Assembly (NCBI GenBank): GCA_965237955.1
Contig: OZ250169.1
Coordinates: 7,616,001-7,680,000, forward strand
DNA from: Candidatus Marinacidobacterales bacterium
GTDB lineage: Bacteria > Acidobacteriota > Vicinamibacteria > Marinacidobacterales > SMYC01
Direction of reading: 5' to 3'
DNA length: 64,000 nt
Shown: piece by piece, positions 32,852 through 42,647 of the stretch
How the letters are laid out: each line of letters starts with the position of its first letter
How positions within the stretch are numbered: position 1 is the first letter of the stretch
Program-made: the position numbers and the translations under genes
Notes under the pieces: model-generated
The model's database searches: none
What the model was told of the DNA's origin: nothing
What the model saw: the letters and a program-made list of their open reading frames with translations, nothing else

Positions 32852-35728
32852 ATGACGGCACAGAACGCCCCAGCGACGATGAGACCGCTGGCCTGGTTCG
32901 CGCGAATCGCCACGATTGGATTCGCCATTGGGGCCACCGCGTGCGGATCCAGCCAGACGACCTTTGAACCAGGCGACCACGTTGTCATCGTCGGCAGCGG
33001 TCTGGCCGACGGGATGCAGCACGACGGATGGCTCGAGGCCTATCTACAGTCCGAACTGCCGGATCTCGAGCTCGTCATTCGCAACCACGGCTTTTCCGGC
33101 GATCGCATCGACCATCGTCCGCGCGTCGAAGGGTTTCCGACCGCCGACGAATTGCTCGCGACCTCCCAGGCCGACGTAATTCTCGCGATGTTCGGCTACA
33201 ACGAGTCGTTCGATGGCGACCCGGCGCAGTTCGGCGCCGCGCTCGAGGAGTGGATCGACCACACGCGCGCGCAGAACTACTTCGGCGAGGGGGCACCGCG
33301 CGTCGTCTTGTTTTCGCCGATCGCCCACGAGAACCTGAGCAATCCGAATCTGCCGGATGGTCGCGACAACAACCCGCGCCTCGCGGCCTACTCCGAGGCC
33401 ATGGAGTCCGTCGCGGACGACAGGGATGTGCAGTACGTCGACCTGTTCGGTCCGTCGCAAGCGCTCTACCATGGAGCAGCGTCACCGCTGACCGTCAACG
33501 GCGTCCACCTCAACAGCGACGGCAATCGTCAGATTGCCGAGGTGATCGTCGAGTCGTTGCTCGGGAGCCGTCCTGAGATCAACGAGGACCCGCTCGAGTT
33601 GATTCGCCAGGCGGTTCTCGACAAGAACTGGCACTGGTTCAATCGGTTCCGCGCGACCGACGGCAACGATGTGTGGGGCACCCGGTCGACGCTCAAGTTC
33701 ACGGACGGACAAACCAACCGCGTCGTGCTCCAAAACGAGCTCGCCCAGCTCGACATCATGACCGCCAACCGCGACCGTGTGATCTGGGCCGCCGCGGGTG
33801 GCGAGTCGATCGAGCCAGACGATTCCAACGTGCCGGCGCCGATCGAGGTTGTCAGCAACCTCGCCAAGCCCCAGTTCCAGGATGGTGTCAGCAAGACCGG
33901 GACGCTTGAGTATCTCAGCGGCGAGGCCGCGATCGAAAAGATGACGCTCGAGGCAGGGATGGAGGCGAACCTGTTCGCCTCGGAAGAAAGGTTTCCGGAG
34001 CTCGTCAACCCTGTGCAGCTCGGCGTCGACACCGGAGGCCGGCTCTGGGCCGCGACGTGGGCCACCTACCCCAAATGGGAGCCGATGGGTGAGATGAACG
34101 ACCGGTTGCTCATTTTCCCCGACGACGACCGCGACGGCGTCGCCGACCGGGCCATCACGTTCGCCTACGTGCACAACCCAACTGGATTCGAATTCTGGAA
34201 CGGCGGAGTGGTCGTCGCGTCAGTGCCCGATCTCTGGTTCCTCAAGGACACGGACGGTGACGATGTCGCGGACGTGCGGATTCGGATGATGGGCGCGCTT
34301 GGATCAGCCGACACGCACCACTCCGCCAACAATTTCGTCTACGGTCCCGACGGCTTCATCTACTACCAGCGCGGCGTCTTCAATGTCTCCAACGTAGAGT
34401 CGCCCTGGGCGGCGAACCAGGAGTCGAATGTCTCCGGGATGTACCGCTTCAACCCGCGCACATTCGAGTTCAGCTTCCACGCCGCGATACGTCCCAACCC
34501 GCACGGCATCAGCTTCGACTACTGGGGCTACCACTACGCGACCGACGGCACCGGTGGCTCGACCTATCAGGTCAAACCAACGGGTGACGGTGCCTTCGAG
34601 ATGCGCCGATTGCTTCAGCACACGGTTCGGCCCGTTCCCGCGAGCGGGATCCTGTCCAGCGCCCACTTTCCGCAGAGGAATCAGGGCAATTTCATGATCC
34701 TCAACGTCATCGCGTTTCTGGGGATCAAACAGTACCAGCTGACCTTCGACACCGACACCGGTGACGTGTTCGGCACCGAGACCGCCGACCTGCTGGTGTC
34801 CTCCGACCCGAACTTCCGGCCTGTCGACTTCGAGATTGGCGACGACGGCGGGTTGTACGTCGCTGATTGGGCCAACGCGATCATCGGTCACATGCAACAC
34901 AACGTCCGCGATCCTGCCCGTGACCATGCCCACGGCCGGATCTACCGGATCACGGTTCCCGGGAGACCCCTGCAAGATCACGCGGAGATCGACGGGCAGC
35001 CCATTCCCGCACTGCTGGCCGCCCTCGAGAGCCCGATCAACGGCATCCGCCATCGCGCCCGCGTCGAGCTGTCGGAGCGCGACAGCGCCGAGGTGATCGC
35101 CGCCACCGAGGAGTGGCTGCAGCAGTTCGACGCGACGACCGAGCGGGACGCACACCACATCCTCGAGGCCCTCTGGGTGCACCAGCAGCACAACGTCGTC
35201 AACCGCGAGTTGCTGAATCTGGTGCTCTTCTCTCCGTCACCGCATGCGCGGATCGCCGCGGAACGAGTGCAGCAGTTGTGGGACCACAACGCGTCAGAGC
35301 CGTTCGATGTCACCGCAAATCTCACTTCCGCAGCCGCCGAGAGCGTGGAGCCCGATCCTGACGCGATCGTCATCCGGACCCTCGTCGACCAGATGAAGTT
35401 CGACACGGAGTCGTTCACGGTCACGGCCGGGCAGCCGGTCAAGATCTGGTTCGAGAATCCCGACTACTCGCCACACAACTTGATCTTTGGCGAGCCGAAC
35501 TCTGCCGCGGAGATCGCGGCGGCCGCGAAGGGCCTCGGGCCGCTTGGTTTCGCGCTGGAGTTCCTTCCGGACAGCGACAAGATCATTGCCGCGTCGGAAA
35601 TGCTGAACTATCGCGAGTACCAGGTGATCGAGTTCACGGCGCCGGCGACGACGGGCGACTACGATTTCCTCTGCACTTTCCCGAATCACTGGCTGACTAT
35701 GCGAGGCGTCATGCGCGTCCGGGACTAG
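32852..35728 (+). CDS. Lipoprotein: SGNH-like domain + PVC-type dehydrogenase propeller + HEAT + azurin-like cupredoxin
   Basis: ATAC lipobox, NGVHLN, LFASE, DGDDVAD, NFRPVD, HN...CTFPNH..M. Confidence 0.75.
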   Translation: MTAQNAPATMRPLAWFARIATIGFAIGATACGSSQTTFEPGDHVVIVGSGLADGMQHDGWLEAYLQSELPDLELVIRNHGFSGDRIDHRPRVEGFPTADELLATSQADVILAMFGYNESFDGDPAQFGAALEEWIDHTRAQNYFGEGAPRVVLFSPIAHENLSNPNLPDGRDNNPRLAAYSEAMESVADDRDVQYVDLFGPSQALYHGAASPLTVNGVHLNSDGNRQIAEVIVESLLGSRPEINEDPLELIRQAVLDKNWHWFNRFRATDGNDVWGTRSTLKFTDGQTNRVVLQNELAQLDIMTANRDRVIWAAAGGESIEPDDSNVPAPIEVVSNLAKPQFQDGVSKTGTLEYLSGEAAIEKMTLEAGMEANLFASEERFPELVNPVQLGVDTGGRLWAATWATYPKWEPMGEMNDRLLIFPDDDRDGVADRAITFAYVHNPTGFEFWNGGVVVASVPDLWFLKDTDGDDVADVRIRMMGALGSADTHHSANNFVYGPDGFIYYQRGVFNVSNVESPWAANQESNVSGMYRFNPRTFEFSFHAAIRPNPHGISFDYWGYHYATDGTGGSTYQVKPTGDGAFEMRRLLQHTVRPVPASGILSSAHFPQRNQGNFMILNVIAFLGIKQYQLTFDTDTGDVFGTETADLLVSSDPNFRPVDFEIGDDGGLYVADWANAIIGHMQHNVRDPARDHAHGRIYRITVPGRPLQDHAEIDGQPIPALLAALESPINGIRHRARVELSERDSAEVIAATEEWLQQFDATTERDAHHILEALWVHQQHNVVNRELLNLVLFSPSPHARIAAERVQQLWDHNASEPFDVTANLTSAAAESVEPDPDAIVIRTLVDQMKFDTESFTVTAGQPVKIWFENPDYSPHNLIFGEPNSAAEIAAAAKGLGPLGFALEFLPDSDKIIAASEMLNYREYQVIEFTAPATTGDYDFLCTFPNHWLTMRGVMRVRD

Positions 35729-35744
35729 AAGGTCGTTCTAGAGT

Positions 35745-35846
35745 GCGAAGAGCCTCTGGAAACTCATGCTATTCGGTGAGAGGTCGCTTCACCTGGCGCT
35801 GAAGGAGTACGTCACCCACCATCACCACGAGAGGAATCATCAAGGA
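35745..35846 (+). pseudogene. Fragment of rve-type integrase C-terminus
   Basis: LMLFGERSLHLALKEYVTHHHHERNHQG. Confidence 0.6.
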
Positions 35847-35866
35847 ACCGAAGAGGAGCACGAGTC

Positions 35867-37615
35867 ATGAGCATGCGAACGGAACGAACACTGTTTGTGT
35901 GGGCTTCGACCCTTCTCTTCGCCGGACTCGCTCATGCCGGGCAGGAAGGTAAAAACTCTTCCTACGATGTTCTCATCCGCGGGGGACAGATCGTGGACGG
36001 GAGCGGCAATCCCTGGTTTCACGGTGATGTGGGAATCCGCGACGGCCGCATTAAAAGCGTCGGACGATTGGTGGATGCAAAGGCCTCCCGCATCATCGAA
36101 GCCGAGGGCCTGGTGGTGGCGCCGGGATTCATCGACCTGCACACACGCTCCGACTACGCCCTGCTGGCCGACGGGCTGGCACAGAGCAAGGTGCGGGAAG
36201 GCGTGACGCTCGACGTGCTGGGAGCATCTACGACGGTGGCGCCGCGCGACGGCTTGAGCGAACGCATGGGTCGGCGTTTCGTTCTTCCAGGCTCATATTC
36301 GCTATCTTCCTCCCTCGATTTCGCTGAAATCAGCGGCGGCATCGAGATCGACTGGACCGACTTCACCGGCTACTTCCAGAGATTGAAAAGGCGAGGGATC
36401 TCCATGAACGTGATCTCCCACGTTTCCGCCGGTCAAGTTCGGCGTGTGGTAATGGGCGACGAGACGCGGCCCGCCACCGAAGTCGAGCTCGAGGGAATGA
36501 CCAGCCTCGTGGCGCGCTCCATGGAGGAGGGGGCATGGGGGCTCGTGACCCGCTTCGAGAGCGGCGGGCCGGCCCATCCTGATGAGATCCTCGCCATGGC
36601 CAGAGTGACCGCTTCGTACAGTGGCAATTACGCCTCGCACCATGGAGGCCAAGGCTTCGAGCATGAAGAGGAGATCAACTTCGCGATTCGCGTGGCCGAG
36701 GAGGCGCGGATTCCCGTACACCTCTTTCACTTGAAGGTAAGGGGCCGCGACAACTGGGGAACCATAGGCCGGTTTCTCGATCAAATCGAGGCGGCCCGTG
36801 CTCGGGGACTCGATATCACGGCGAACCAGTATCCCTACACGGCGCTGTTTCATCGATGGAGCTCTGTCTTCCCGTTGTGGATGAGAGAAGGGGGCCCGGA
36901 GAAATTCGCGGAGCGGCTCCGAGATCTTTCGCTGCGGGAAAAGACCAAACGGGATCCGGAATTCATCACCTGGTCCAAGGAGCACGGTTGGTGGGAGGGC
37001 ATCGCGATGGTGTGGGCCAGCACGAGCGAGAACGAGAAGTACGAGGGGATGAGCGTCGCCAAGATCGCGGAGCTTCGGGGTGATGCCGACCCGGCCGATA
37101 CGTACATCCATCTCATGGCCGAGGAGGGCGACAGGATCTCGGGTATCTTTCATGCCATGTCCGAGGAGGACGTTCGAAAGGTGATGCGAAAGTCCTGGGT
37201 GGCGATCGCCAGCGACGGGTCGGCGATCAACCTGGATGCGCCCGGCGTTCCCCATCCACGCAACTACAGCACCAATCCACGGGTGCTCGGTCACTACGTT
37301 CGAGACGAGAACGTGCTAGCGCTCGAAGACGCGATAAGGAAGATGAGCTCCCTACCCGCCCAAATTCTAGGATTGCGCGACCGGGGACAGCTCCGGGAAG
37401 GCTTTGCCGCCGACGTCGTGGTGTTCGATCCGGAAAAAGTGCGGGGGACCAACTCCTTCGCGAATCCCAAGTCCTATCCCGAGGGCATCCCCTACGTGCT
37501 GGTCAACGGGGTGCTCGTCATCGACGGCGGCGAGCACACGGAAGCGCGACCGGGCAAGGTGATTTACGGCAGGGGCTACAAAGGAGCATGCAGGACTTCG
37601 TCGAGCGGTAGCTAG
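35867..37615 (+). CDS. N-acyl-D-amino-acid deacylase family amidohydrolase (secreted)
   Basis: APGFIDLH, YPY, ASDG, PHPR.Y, ADVVVFD. Confidence 0.85.
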   Translation: MSMRTERTLFVWASTLLFAGLAHAGQEGKNSSYDVLIRGGQIVDGSGNPWFHGDVGIRDGRIKSVGRLVDAKASRIIEAEGLVVAPGFIDLHTRSDYALLADGLAQSKVREGVTLDVLGASTTVAPRDGLSERMGRRFVLPGSYSLSSSLDFAEISGGIEIDWTDFTGYFQRLKRRGISMNVISHVSAGQVRRVVMGDETRPATEVELEGMTSLVARSMEEGAWGLVTRFESGGPAHPDEILAMARVTASYSGNYASHHGGQGFEHEEEINFAIRVAEEARIPVHLFHLKVRGRDNWGTIGRFLDQIEAARARGLDITANQYPYTALFHRWSSVFPLWMREGGPEKFAERLRDLSLREKTKRDPEFITWSKEHGWWEGIAMVWASTSENEKYEGMSVAKIAELRGDADPADTYIHLMAEEGDRISGIFHAMSEEDVRKVMRKSWVAIASDGSAINLDAPGVPHPRNYSTNPRVLGHYVRDENVLALEDAIRKMSSLPAQILGLRDRGQLREGFAADVVVFDPEKVRGTNSFANPKSYPEGIPYVLVNGVLVIDGGEHTEARPGKVIYGRGYKGACRTSSSGS

Positions 37616-37624
37616 CTGCTTCTC

Positions 37625-37945
37625 CGGATCGCTGCCACATGGGACTCGAAAAAAGCAACGCCGGAGGAGACCGGTCACGCCACGACCGTCACCTATGGCT
37701 AAGGTCGTGGCGCTGTCGAGAGTGGGTGGACTGCACCATCGCTATGAATGGCGCGACGCCGCGTAGCGCAGTTTTCTGTAACGAACGACTGGTGGCCGCA
37801 GCCGTCGACAATGGCGTTCACCAGCTCCTGAACGGCTGGCCCTGTAGTCCCGGGACCGTTTCGCGTGCGTCGCCCTCGTTTTCGTCCTCGCTTCTCGCTT
37901 CGCATGGCCTACTTTCTCGATTGGATTAATAATGACGAGGCACAG
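37625..37945 (+). mobile_element. Right part of the rve/IS481-like element (C-terminus to 37766 plus end)
   Basis: HMGLEK...KVVALSRVGGLHHRYEWRDAA*; end ...GACGAGGCACAG. Confidence 0.65.
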
Positions 37946-37996
37946 CTAATTTCAACATCAACAGAAGGAGCAAGAAGCGTGAAAGAAAACAGATTC

Positions 37997-40489
37997 ATGA
38001 TGAAAACCATAATTGTTACGATTATTTTTTGCACCCTTTTTTCATTGAGCCTCTATGGACAGGAGAGACTTTCAATGAATAAGGGATGGAGCTTTAAATA
38101 CATTGCTCCGGATAGTAAAGAAATAGAACCAGTCTTCAACAAGTACTTCTATAAGAATGCTCAGATGAACCCTATAGGGTGGAGCCGGGATGAGCTAATG
38201 CAACTTTCTTACGATGGTTCTACATGGAGAACAATCAATGTTCCTCACGATTTTGTTATTGAAAGTGTACCGCTTAAAGGTATGACTGATGCAAATCGGG
38301 GATTCTTTGAAAGAGGCATAGGGATATACAGGAAGATATTCGATATTTCCGCATCTGATAAAGGAAAACGCATCTGGATCAGATTTGAAGGAGTAACTCG
38401 TGATGCCCAGGTATTCCTTAATGGATTTAAGTTATTGGAACACAAAAGTGGTTACACCCCCTTCAGAATAGATATAAGTGATGTAGTACGTTACGGACAT
38501 CAGAAAAACGTTTTGCTTGTGGTATGCGATTCCCGCCAATGGGAGGGTTGGTGGTATGAAGGAGGCGGTATTTATCGTCCGGTATATATGGAAAAGTCAG
38601 GAGGCTCTCTTTATTTTGAGCCGGATAGTATAGCAGTTAACCCAATTCTTTCAGCAGATTATACCTCGGCGAATGTCGAAGTTCACTATACAGTTCAGAA
38701 CAGGGAAAGAAGAAGCAGGACATTCGCACTCGTAACAAGAATTATCGACCAGGAAGGGGAAGAGGTTAATTCTTCTTCAGCAATATTTGACATTGAACCA
38801 TGGAGAAAAATAGATCGCCGGATGGCGCTGAAAATAAATTCCCCAAAACTTTGGTCCTTGGAAGAGAGGGACCTGTATTTTGTTGAATCTGAGATCAAAG
38901 AATCCGGTTTAACGGTTGAAAGAAACAAAACCCGTTTCGGTATCAGACAAATTGTTTTTGATGCTGATAAAGGACTTCTCCTCAATGGCAAACACGTCAA
39001 AGTTATGGGAGCAGCCGCACATCAGGATAATGGAAGTGTTGGAGTTGCGGTTCCTGCTGAAATAATACGCTATAGAATACAAACCATGAAGAACTTTGGA
39101 TTCAATGGTTATCGTAGTGCACATAACGCTGCAGCTCCGGCATTGTTAGATATCTGCGATGAAGAAGGTATGCTGGTTATGAATGAACAGAGAATACCTG
39201 AGACCAGCCCCAGGTATCTCGAAGAGATGCGCGAAATTATCAAGAGCTCGAGAAATCATCCATCAGTCTTTATCTATAATCTTGCGAATACAGTGACCCC
39301 AGTTGCCGATACCGATTTTTCATTCGTTGAAGGATCGATCTCAACCTTAATGCAGGAAATTGCGAGATTAGATCCACAGAAAAGGGCTGCAACAATGAAT
39401 GCTAATTTAAGGAAGCCCCATGAAGAAGGTGAAAAGAGTGTAAGCCGTAAAGAATATCTGAGACCTACAGGTCGAATCCTGGATGTTGTCAACTATTACG
39501 GTGGTGACAAGTATGCTTATGAAGGCAAACCGATAATTAAGGTTGAAACAGGTGCCGGGAGGTTTACAAGAGGAATTTATGAGACGAACAAGGAAAAGTT
39601 GTGGGTCTCTTCGATTCCGAACTGGAAAACCCACGAACGGATAAAACGATTTATGACGACTGACGAGGTCTCAGGGGCATTTGTGTGGACCGCTTTCGAT
39701 TATCGTGGGGAGCCTACACCATATAGATTCTTCCCAGGAGTCAGCAGTCAATGCGGTTTGTTTGACTTATGCGGTTTTCCTAAAGATCTGGTCTACTTTT
39801 ACAAAGCGGTTCAAACTCATGAACCGGTGCTTCACCTTTTTCCCCATTGGAATTGGAAAGGCAGGGAAGGAGAAATGATCAAGGTTTTTTCATATTCAAA
39901 CCTTGAGGAGGTTGAATTATTACAGGACGGAAAAAGTCTTGGTAAACAAAAAGTTATGCCTTTCGAAAATCAAAGCTGGGATGTAAAGTACAAACCTGGA
40001 ACACTGATTGCCAAAGGATACAAAGATGGCAAACTCGTTCTTACCGATAAGGTTGTAACATCAGGAGAACCTTATTCTGTGAGGGTGTCCGGGTATAAAA
40101 ACAACTTAAAAGCTGATGGAGAAGATGCAGTTACCTTAGAATTTGAAATTCTTGATAAGAACGGTACTGTTTGTCCGAATGCAGATAACATTATTAACAT
40201 TACAATCAAAGGTAATGGTCATTTACTGGGTGTTGATAATGGCAGTCCCACTAATCTTAATCCGACAAAACTTCCTAAAGTCAGGGCTTTTAGCGGGCTC
40301 TGCTCAGCCATTGTACAGTCAAACGAAGAAGCCGGAAGTATAGTTATTACAGCCACTTCAGATGGCTTAAAAACCGGAGTTCTTGAGATAGAAACCATTC
40401 CGGCTGAAATTAGGCCTGCCGTGAAATCAGAACTGATGGTAGAGGATTATATGTTCTTCAGGAAACCAGATGGTTGGAGTTTTAAGTGA
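37997..40489 (+). CDS. Glycoside hydrolase family 2 (beta-galactosidase-like), AT-rich
   Basis: FEGV, SGYTPF, WWYEGGGIYR, FGIR, RSAHN, RNHPS, FVWTAFDYRGEP. Confidence 0.85.
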   Translation: MMKTIIVTIIFCTLFSLSLYGQERLSMNKGWSFKYIAPDSKEIEPVFNKYFYKNAQMNPIGWSRDELMQLSYDGSTWRTINVPHDFVIESVPLKGMTDANRGFFERGIGIYRKIFDISASDKGKRIWIRFEGVTRDAQVFLNGFKLLEHKSGYTPFRIDISDVVRYGHQKNVLLVVCDSRQWEGWWYEGGGIYRPVYMEKSGGSLYFEPDSIAVNPILSADYTSANVEVHYTVQNRERRSRTFALVTRIIDQEGEEVNSSSAIFDIEPWRKIDRRMALKINSPKLWSLEERDLYFVESEIKESGLTVERNKTRFGIRQIVFDADKGLLLNGKHVKVMGAAAHQDNGSVGVAVPAEIIRYRIQTMKNFGFNGYRSAHNAAAPALLDICDEEGMLVMNEQRIPETSPRYLEEMREIIKSSRNHPSVFIYNLANTVTPVADTDFSFVEGSISTLMQEIARLDPQKRAATMNANLRKPHEEGEKSVSRKEYLRPTGRILDVVNYYGGDKYAYEGKPIIKVETGAGRFTRGIYETNKEKLWVSSIPNWKTHERIKRFMTTDEVSGAFVWTAFDYRGEPTPYRFFPGVSSQCGLFDLCGFPKDLVYFYKAVQTHEPVLHLFPHWNWKGREGEMIKVFSYSNLEEVELLQDGKSLGKQKVMPFENQSWDVKYKPGTLIAKGYKDGKLVLTDKVVTSGEPYSVRVSGYKNNLKADGEDAVTLEFEILDKNGTVCPNADNIINITIKGNGHLLGVDNGSPTNLNPTKLPKVRAFSGLCSAIVQSNEEAGSIVITATSDGLKTGVLEIETIPAEIRPAVKSELMVEDYMFFRKPDGWSFK

Positions 40490-40503
40490 AATGACTGTCC
40501 AAT

Positions 40504-40583
40504 TCAAGTTCGGAGATGTTCGGTGATGAAGGTGATCACGCGGAGCTCGCCGCCACACTGACATTTCAAAAACTCCAAGACCC
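40504..40583 (-). pseudogene. IS91-like transposase C-terminal fragment
   Basis: LKCQCGGELRVITFI. Confidence 0.45.
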
Positions 40584-41845
40584 CGTCCTGTGCCAAAACT
40601 CGGCCCTTTTGAAATAGGCCATAAATCAGCAACTTAGTGTCTGTGTTTGCGACCGGGCCAAGGGCCGTGGGCTTTACAATCGTCTTGGGCGGGCGGGTCG
40701 TCACCATGCAGATGACCACCTAGTCGAGAGCGAATATCGAAGCGTGTGCCTGAAGCTGTTTTCACGCTACGCCGAGCGGGCCCACCAAGGGGCTACCGTC
40801 GCCGGCGACCATCTACGCGGCACGGCAGTAGTAGTTGAGAATGCCCCCCAGTCGCTCTCGCGACACGATGGGGCCAGCGTCATTCGCGCTTGCCGGCAGA
40901 GGTGTGAGGAGCTCGTTGCGGAGACCTTGGTGGTTCCGTTCTGTGTGATAGTGCACTACGTATTCGGTTACCGCTGTGCGCAGGTGTCGCTCACTGAGAG
41001 GTACGAAGCGGTCGAGACACTCTCGACGTATGGAGAGAACGAATCTTTCCGCGTATGCGTTCAGATTCGGACTATTGGCGGGAAGGCGAAGGGGCTTCAC
41101 GCCTGAATCTCTCAACAGCCCACGTATTGCCTCGGTGAATAGCGGGTCCCGGTCGTGGATGAGGTATCGCTTGCCAAGGAGGAAACCATCCCACATGTCA
41201 GTGAGGTTTCTTGCAACCTGCTTCATCCACTCCCCGTTGGGGTCCGACGTTATCCCACCGATGCACACGCAGCGAGCGCAGCGAGTGGCGATATCGATGA
41301 CAAACAGGACATGGTAGCGGACGAGCCCGAACGGGTTCACAACCTCGACGGTGAACAGGTCTGTCGCAGCGATGGCGCCCCAATGAGCCTTGATGAAGGT
41401 GCTCCACGACATGCTCTTGCCCCGCTCCGGGGCAGGAGCGATACCGTGGTCGGCGAAGATCCTCTTGATAGTGTTGCGTGCAGAAGCGTAGCGGGTGTGG
41501 CAACGGACGCAATCTGGGCCAGCGCCTCGCGGCCCAAAGACTGGGCCTTGACCGCGAGCCTGCGCCGCTCGTCGTCCGAGAGCCTGAGACGCTTGCCCCG
41601 AAGCCCGGCTCGGAGCACACGGTTCTCCTCTTGCAGGTAGTCGATCACATCCTGCTGCTGGCGGTTGACCCAGCCAGCTAGAACGAGCAGTAGGAATTGC
41701 ACGTGGTACGTCATCATGGACCTGAAGATAACACCCTCGGGCCAGACGATTGTAAAGCCTACGGCCCTTGGCCCCAGCGCAAACACAGACACTAAGCTGC
41801 TGATTTATGGCCTATTTCAAAAGGGCCGAGTTTTGGCACAGGACG
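40584..41845 (-). mobile_element. rve-type element with ~102-bp TIRs; transposase 40813-41717 internally deleted
   Basis: TIRs 40584-40685 and 41744-41845; [28 protein letters not shown]. Confidence 0.85.
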
Positions 41846-41955
41846 CGGTTCTCCTCTTGCAGGTAGTCGATCACATCCTGCTGCTGGCGGTTGACCCAGC
41901 CAGCTAGAACGAGCAGTAGGAATTGCACGTGGTACGTCATCATGGACCTGAAGAT
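41846..41955 (-). pseudogene. 5' fragment of a second copy of the same transposase
   Basis: Near-exact duplicate of 41619-41729. Confidence 0.85.
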
Positions 41956-42285
41956 TGCGTATTCCGGGGCATCGTGAACGCAGATTCCAGCCGAAGGTGA
42001 ACATCCATTCCAAAGCATCGTGAACACGGATTCCGGGGATCGTGAACATCGATTCCGGGGAAGGTGAACACGGATTCCAGGCAACGTGAACGCCGGTTCC
42101 GGCATCGCGAACGCTCATCGATAGCACGTTTCAAGGCAACTCTAGGTCGTACCCGGAAGGAGGACGATCCAGGAAATGGCAGCTAAGAGGTTATCGATGA
42201 GAAAAATACGAGAGGTTCTAAGGTTAAAGTACGAGCTGGGTTTTACTCACCGCATGATCGCAAAGGCACTTCGCGTGGCGGTCAA
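41956..42285 (+). mobile_element. istA: IS21 family left end with ~7 internal repeats and truncated istA (from 42176)
   Basis: TGCGTATTCC end, ATTCC...GTGAAC repeats, MAAKRLSMRKIREVLRL. Confidence 0.85.
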
Positions 42286-42344
42286 ATCCACTGCCTTGCG
42301 GCGTTGTCGATTGCGAGGGCAGCGGTTCCAGCGTTCGGACTCCA

Positions 42345-42647
42345 GTGCTCCATAGCTTCTCATCTGGGGTTGTCGTGAGTGCGGGCGGCCTGGCGCAAGC
42401 CCGAGATTCGGCCAGTAGATTCGATTCGAAGCGACCGACGACCTCATCTACGTCACGGTCAATTCTTGTCGATGCCGCTGAACTAGCGCGCATGCTAGGC
42501 ATCAAACTCTCCACCGTCAGAGCCTGGACGAGCGAAAAACGAATCCCGTTTCGAAAATTTGGAAGAAATGTTCGCTATGAACCGGCGAAGGTGCTAGAAC
42601 TTTGGGAGGAAGTATCTCCAGATGGCTCTCTACCGTCGGACAACTAG
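42345..42647 (+). CDS. Excisionase-like HTH protein (true start uncertain)
   Basis: ELARMLGIKLSTVRAW...IPFRKFGRNVRY. Confidence 0.7.
   Translation: MLHSFSSGVVVSAGGLAQARDSASRFDSKRPTTSSTSRSILVDAAELARMLGIKLSTVRAWTSEKRIPFRKFGRNVRYEPAKVLELWEEVSPDGSLPSDN

Noticed and set aside
41958-42112. Regular ~22-bp repeats resembling a CRISPR or iteron array
   Set aside because: No unique spacers; begins with TG and precedes istA, so these are IS21 terminal repeats
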